The notes under the pieces: generated by a model
The model's input: the letters and a program-made list of their open reading frames with translations, nothing else
Told to the model about the DNA's origin: nothing
Database searches by the model: none
Shown: positions 20,573 through 24,000 of the stretch, piece by piece
How positions within the stretch are numbered: the first letter of the stretch is position 1
Layout: each line of letters starts with the position of its first letter
Origin: an uncultured Acidobacteriota bacterium
GTDB taxonomy: Bacteria > Acidobacteriota > Terriglobia > Acidiferrales > UBA7541
Assembly (NCBI GenBank): GCA_963757145.1
Contig: CAVWQK010000005.1
Coordinates: forward strand, 1,390,606 to 1,414,605
Direction: 5' to 3'
DNA length: 24,000 bases
Program-made: the position numbers and the translations under genes

Positions 20573-21913
20573 ATGGCGAAGATGAACGTTTGGAAGCGGA
20601 TGTTTCCTGGAGCGGTTGCGCGGACGCACGAAGCAGCGGTGGCGCAGCGGGCCGATGCGAAAACCGAACTTCGGCGCAGCGTGTTGACCTGCTTGCTGTG
20701 GGAAGACACGTTTTACGAAAAGGGGAGCGCGATTGCGAAGCGTATCGCGGAGCTTGTGGCAAAGACGGAGCCCGCGGACGTTGCGGCTCTCGCTTGCGAG
20801 GCACGCGATGCGATGCAGCTCCGTCATGCGCCGCTCTTCCTCGTGCGCGAACTCGCGCGCCGCAAGGGCGCAGGTCCGCTCGTGGCGGATGCGCTCGAGC
20901 GGGTGATCCAGAGGGCCGATGAACTCGGTGAGTTCGTTGCGCTCTACTGGAAAGAGCGGAAGCAGCCGCTTTCGGCGGGTTCGAAGCGCGGGCTGGCGCG
21001 GGCGTTCACGAAGTTCGACGCCTACCAGCTGGCGAAGTACGACCGCGAAGCGGTGGTCAAACTCCGCGACGTGCTGTTCCTGTGCCACGCGAAACCGAAG
21101 AATGCTGAGCAGGCGGCCGTTTGGAAGAATCTCGTCGAGAACACGCTCGACTCTCCCGATACCTGGGAGGTTGCATTGTCCGCAGGGAAGGACAAGCGCG
21201 AGAATTTCGAACGGTTGCTGCGCGAAGGCAAGCTGGGCGGCATGGCTGTCCTGCGAAACCTGCGGTTGATGCTGGCAGCGGGCGTCGAGCCGTCGCTCAT
21301 TCGCGAGCGTCTCGAAAAAGGCGTGGCGCGGGCGTTGCCGTTTCGATTCGTGACGGCAGCCCGGCACGCGCCGAAGCTGGAGGAATCGCTCGAGAAAGCG
21401 ATGCTTCGCGGCATCTCCGGATTGGGAGAGCTTGCGGGATCGACCGGGCTGGTTGTGGACGTGTCCGGCTCGATGGACGCAGCACTCTCGAACGGGAGCG
21501 AGACTACGCGCATCGATGCGGCGTCGGGTTTGGCGATTTTGCTTCGCGAAAAGGCCGAGGAGTTTTGTATTGCGACCTTTTCCGACGCATGCGTTGAACT
21601 GCCGCCCCGCCGCGGGTTCGCTTTGCGAGACGCGATCTCGGGTTCGCAGGCGCACTCGGGGACCTACCTCCAGCGCGCGCTGGAACAGCTGCGAGAAAAG
21701 CGCGAATGGCGCGACCTCTCGCGGCTCATCGTGATCACCGACGAACAGTCGCACGACGGAATTTTGCCGGCGTGGACCGAACGGGCGTACGTCGTGAACG
21801 TGGCACCGTACAAGTACGGGATCAGCTACGGGAACCGGTGGACGCACGTGGACGGTTGGTCGGAGCGGGTTGTGGACTACATCGCGGCGGTGGAGGAAGA
21901 AGCTGCGGCGTAA
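20573..21913 (+). CDS. rsr: Ro60 orthologue (Rsr): TROVE domain plus C-terminal vWA domain
   Basis: TROVE-like blocks are present: LLWEDTFYEKG, DAMQLRHAPLFLVRELA, KRGLARAFTKF..YQLAKYDRE..KLRDVLFLCHAKPK. The vWA MIDAS motifs are VVDVSGSMD and LIVITDEQSHD. The start is chosen at the ATG at 20573 behind AGGAGG (20558-20563). The ORF track begins at a TTG at 20549. Confidence 0.85.
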   Translation: MAKMNVWKRMFPGAVARTHEAAVAQRADAKTELRRSVLTCLLWEDTFYEKGSAIAKRIAELVAKTEPADVAALACEARDAMQLRHAPLFLVRELARRKGAGPLVADALERVIQRADELGEFVALYWKERKQPLSAGSKRGLARAFTKFDAYQLAKYDREAVVKLRDVLFLCHAKPKNAEQAAVWKNLVENTLDSPDTWEVALSAGKDKRENFERLLREGKLGGMAVLRNLRLMLAAGVEPSLIRERLEKGVARALPFRFVTAARHAPKLEESLEKAMLRGISGLGELAGSTGLVVDVSGSMDAALSNGSETTRIDAASGLAILLREKAEEFCIATFSDACVELPPRRGFALRDAISGSQAHSGTYLQRALEQLREKREWRDLSRLIVITDEQSHDGILPAWTERAYVVNVAPYKYGISYGNRWTHVDGWSERVVDYIAAVEEEAAA

Positions 21914-21951
21914 TTTTTGTTTGCAATGTCCGTAGAAGAAAAATAATTGGC

Positions 21952-21979
21952 CGGCGCGACGAAGAGATTCGTCGCGCCG
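21952..21979 (+). terminator. Terminator-like hairpin downstream of rsr
   Basis: 12-bp perfect stem CGGCGCGACGAA-GAGA-TTCGTCGCGCCG, 38 nt after the rsr stop. The trailing CTCTATT is only weakly T-rich. Confidence 0.55.
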
Positions 21980-21981
21980 CT

Positions 21982-22701
21982 CTATTGGATGGGAGCGATC
22001 TTCCGACTCTGGGCGCTGCATCGGCTGGCAGATGCTAGCGGCTTCGCGGCCTTTGGCCTCGCAGTCGGCGCTTCGCGGGTGCTGTGAATTTCGCCGCGGA
22101 CGGCGACAAGCCAGGAGTTGATAAGGGGCAGCTTGTAGACGAGTGCCGGGGGCCCTTTCAAGAGTTCTTCGACGGCGTCGTAATTGCCGGGCGATGCGAC
22201 TAGAGGAAGCAGTCGCATGCCGTTGCCAGAGCCGTCGTCTTTACCGCCATGGCGACCGGCGATGGCGGCGCATCGGCGGGTCCCAGCCGCGGAAATCGAC
22301 TTTCCGAGATTTCACGAGTGGCAGAAGCGGCTCCGACTTGGGGGGCCGACATAACCGTCGAGCGCGAGCGTGTAGCCTTCGTTGCAAAGCTCGGCGCAGA
22401 GCTGCACGACTTCCTGCGACGGTGTGACGCTTTCGAAGATTTCGATCATGACCTGATCGGGTGGGAGGAGGCGTGCGGTGCCCCGCTCGAGCGCGAGCTT
22501 GTCGAGATTGATGAATGCTTTCGCGTGGCCGGTGAGCGGTTGCAGGCCGAAGGCCATGGTGGAATCGACGATCAGGCTGCCGCTGGCTTCTTTATAGTGG
22601 TGAAAGACATTTTCACTGCCGGCGCGAAAGAGGGGCTCGTAGGCGATAAGTTTTAATTGGTCGTCGAAGATCGGCTGACGGGCGAAGAATTTTTCGTGCA
22701 T
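21982..22701 (-). pseudogene. Decayed EAL-HDOD signalling protein gene (frameshifted, internally deleted, 3'-truncated)
   Basis: The N-terminus MHEKFFARQPIFDDQLKLIAYEPLFR...GYTLALDGYV is typical of EAL-HDOD proteins. The frame breaks at the C-run near 22337-22343, after which PKSEPLLPLVKSRKVDFRG continues in another frame. A third frame (ORF 21982..22218) carries the HDOD-start-like AVEELLKGPPALVYKLPLINSW..RGEIHSTREA. The AEKVE/QGYFF part of EAL and most of HDOD are absent. Confidence 0.6.
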
Positions 22702-22841
22702 GCACCCTCTCAGGAAAATGGAGTTCAAACAGCATTTTGAAAGGGAGTCGGATTGCTTGTGGCGGAGAACTTACCGCCACGGTTTACGAAAAGCTCGCGG
22801 TCTGGGGAGCGACCACGACTTCAGGGTTATGAACCGAACGT

Positions 22842-24000
22842 TTACGTCGGAGCGGACATCGAGCCCAAGAATTCGGTGTTCGACTTTGTTTTGGTAAGGC
22901 GGCTGAGCAGCAACTCCATGGCTTCGACTGTGGAGAGCGGGCTCAGGACTTTGCGCAAGACCCAGACGCGGCTCAGTTCGTCGGGCGGGAGCAGGAGTTC
23001 GTCCTTACGTGTGCCGGAACGCTGAATGTCGATCGCGGGGAAGACGCGCTTGTCCGAGAGGCGGCGGTCGAGGTTGATTTCCATGTTACCGGTGCCCTTG
23101 AATTCTTCGAAGATGACGTCGTCCATGCGGCTGCCGGTGTCGATGAGCGCAGTGGCGATGATGGTGAGCGAGCCGCCCTCCTCCACGTGCCGCGCGGCGG
23201 CGAAGAAACGACGCGGACGCTGGAGCGCGTTGGCGTCGATACCGCCCGAGAGCACTTTGCCGGAAGGCGGAGTGACGGCGTTATAGGCGCGTGCGAGCCG
23301 CGTGACCGAGTCGAGAAGGACGACGACGTCGCGCTTGTGTTCGACAAGGCGCTTGGCCTTTTCGAGCACCATTTCGGCGACTTGGATGTGGCGCTGCGGC
23401 GCTTCGTCGAAGGTCGAGCTGATGACTTCGCCCTTGACGGTGCGCTGCATGTCGGTGACTTCTTCGGGGCGCTCATCGATGAGCAGGACGATCAGCGCGA
23501 CTTCGGGATGATTGGTGGTGATGGAATTGGCCATGGACTGCAGCATCATGGTTTTTCCGGTGCGGGGCGGCGCGACGATGAGCCCGCGCTGGCCTTTGCC
23601 GACGGGGCAGAGAAGATCGAGCACGCGCCCGGTCATATTCTCTTTCGTGGTTTCCATCTTGAGGCGGCCCTGGGGATAGAGCGGCGTCAGGTTATCGAAA
23701 AATATTTTGCTGCGGGCGACTTCGGGATCTTCGAAATTAACGGCTTCGACCTTGATCAGAGCGAAGTAGCGCTCGCCGTCTTTCGGTGGGCGAACCTGGC
23801 CGGAGACGGTGTCACCGGTGCGAAGATCGAACTTGCGGATCTGTGAGGGCGAGACGTAGATGTCGTCCGGGCCCGGGAGGTAATTGTACTCGGGGGCGCG
23901 CAAGAAACCGAAACCATCGGGGAGACATTCGAGGACACCTTCGGAGAAAATCAAACCGTTCTTTTCGGTTTGCGCGCGGAGGATCTGGAAGATCAACTCC
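22842..24000 (-). CDS. rho: Transcription termination factor Rho (N-terminus beyond the window edge)
   Basis: Near-colinear with classical Rho: [25 protein letters not shown], Walker [34 protein letters not shown]. The frame is still open at nt 24000. Confidence 0.96.
   Translation of the reverse strand, partial: ELIFQILRAQTEKNGLIFSEGVLECLPDGFGFLRAPEYNYLPGPDDIYVSPSQIRKFDLRTGDTVSGQVRPPKDGERYFALIKVEAVNFEDPEVARSKIFFDNLTPLYPQGRLKMETTKENMTGRVLDLLCPVGKGQRGLIVAPPRTGKTMMLQSMANSITTNHPEVALIVLLIDERPEEVTDMQRTVKGEVISSTFDEAPQRHIQVAEMVLEKAKRLVEHKRDVVVLLDSVTRLARAYNAVTPPSGKVLSGGIDANALQRPRRFFAAARHVEEGGSLTIIATALIDTGSRMDDVIFEEFKGTGNMEINLDRRLSDKRVFPAIDIQRSGTRKDELLLPPDELSRVWVLRKVLSPLSTVEAMELLLSRLTKTKSNTEFLGSMSAPT

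Noticed and set aside
20282-22021. 579-aa ORF on the minus strand covering the rsr locus
   Set aside because: It is antisense to the well-supported TROVE+vWA gene and the AbrB-like ORF. It is extremely Arg/Pro-rich with no domain signatures, so I treat it as a GC-driven artefact.
22249-22656. 135-aa plus-strand ORF
   Set aside because: It is antisense to the recognisable EAL N-terminal region and has no motifs of its own.

Overview
GC-rich (roughly 60%) bacterial chromosomal segment. Gene content and repeat types suggest an Acidobacteria-like genome, but that is a weak inference. Most of the window is conserved housekeeping genes on the + strand: secA, mrp/apbC-type Fe-S carrier, gamma-carbonic-anhydrase-like protein, hisS, aspS, mutL, fabI, cmk and a DUF885 protein. 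It also holds a convergent esterase, a TMEM175-type channel and rho, which runs off the right edge. Three accessory insertions interrupt this backbone. (1) 4.81-5.18 kb: a GIY-YIG nuclease gene with a 1-nt frameshift, bounded by 28-bp inverted repeats. (2) 10.56-11.18 kb: a REP-associated tyrosine transposase (RAYT) flanked by GTCGGACC...GGTCCGAC hairpins. (3) 19.1-22.3 kb, the most interesting part. It begins with an AT-rich promoter region. Three tandem Y-RNA-like ncRNAs follow, all sharing one closing-helix architecture, and the middle one carries a complete circularly permuted tRNA mimic (YrlA type). Next come a perfect 14-bp hairpin, a small AbrB/SpoVT-like ORF, a TROVE+vWA Ro60 orthologue (Rsr) and a terminator hairpin. 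The module abuts a decayed, 3'-truncated EAL-HDOD gene. No rtcB/rtcA, PNPase or other known Ro/Y-RNA partner gene is adjacent. No CRISPR array, rRNA or canonical tRNA gene was found. All calls come from reading the sequence and ORF translations; no database search was run.
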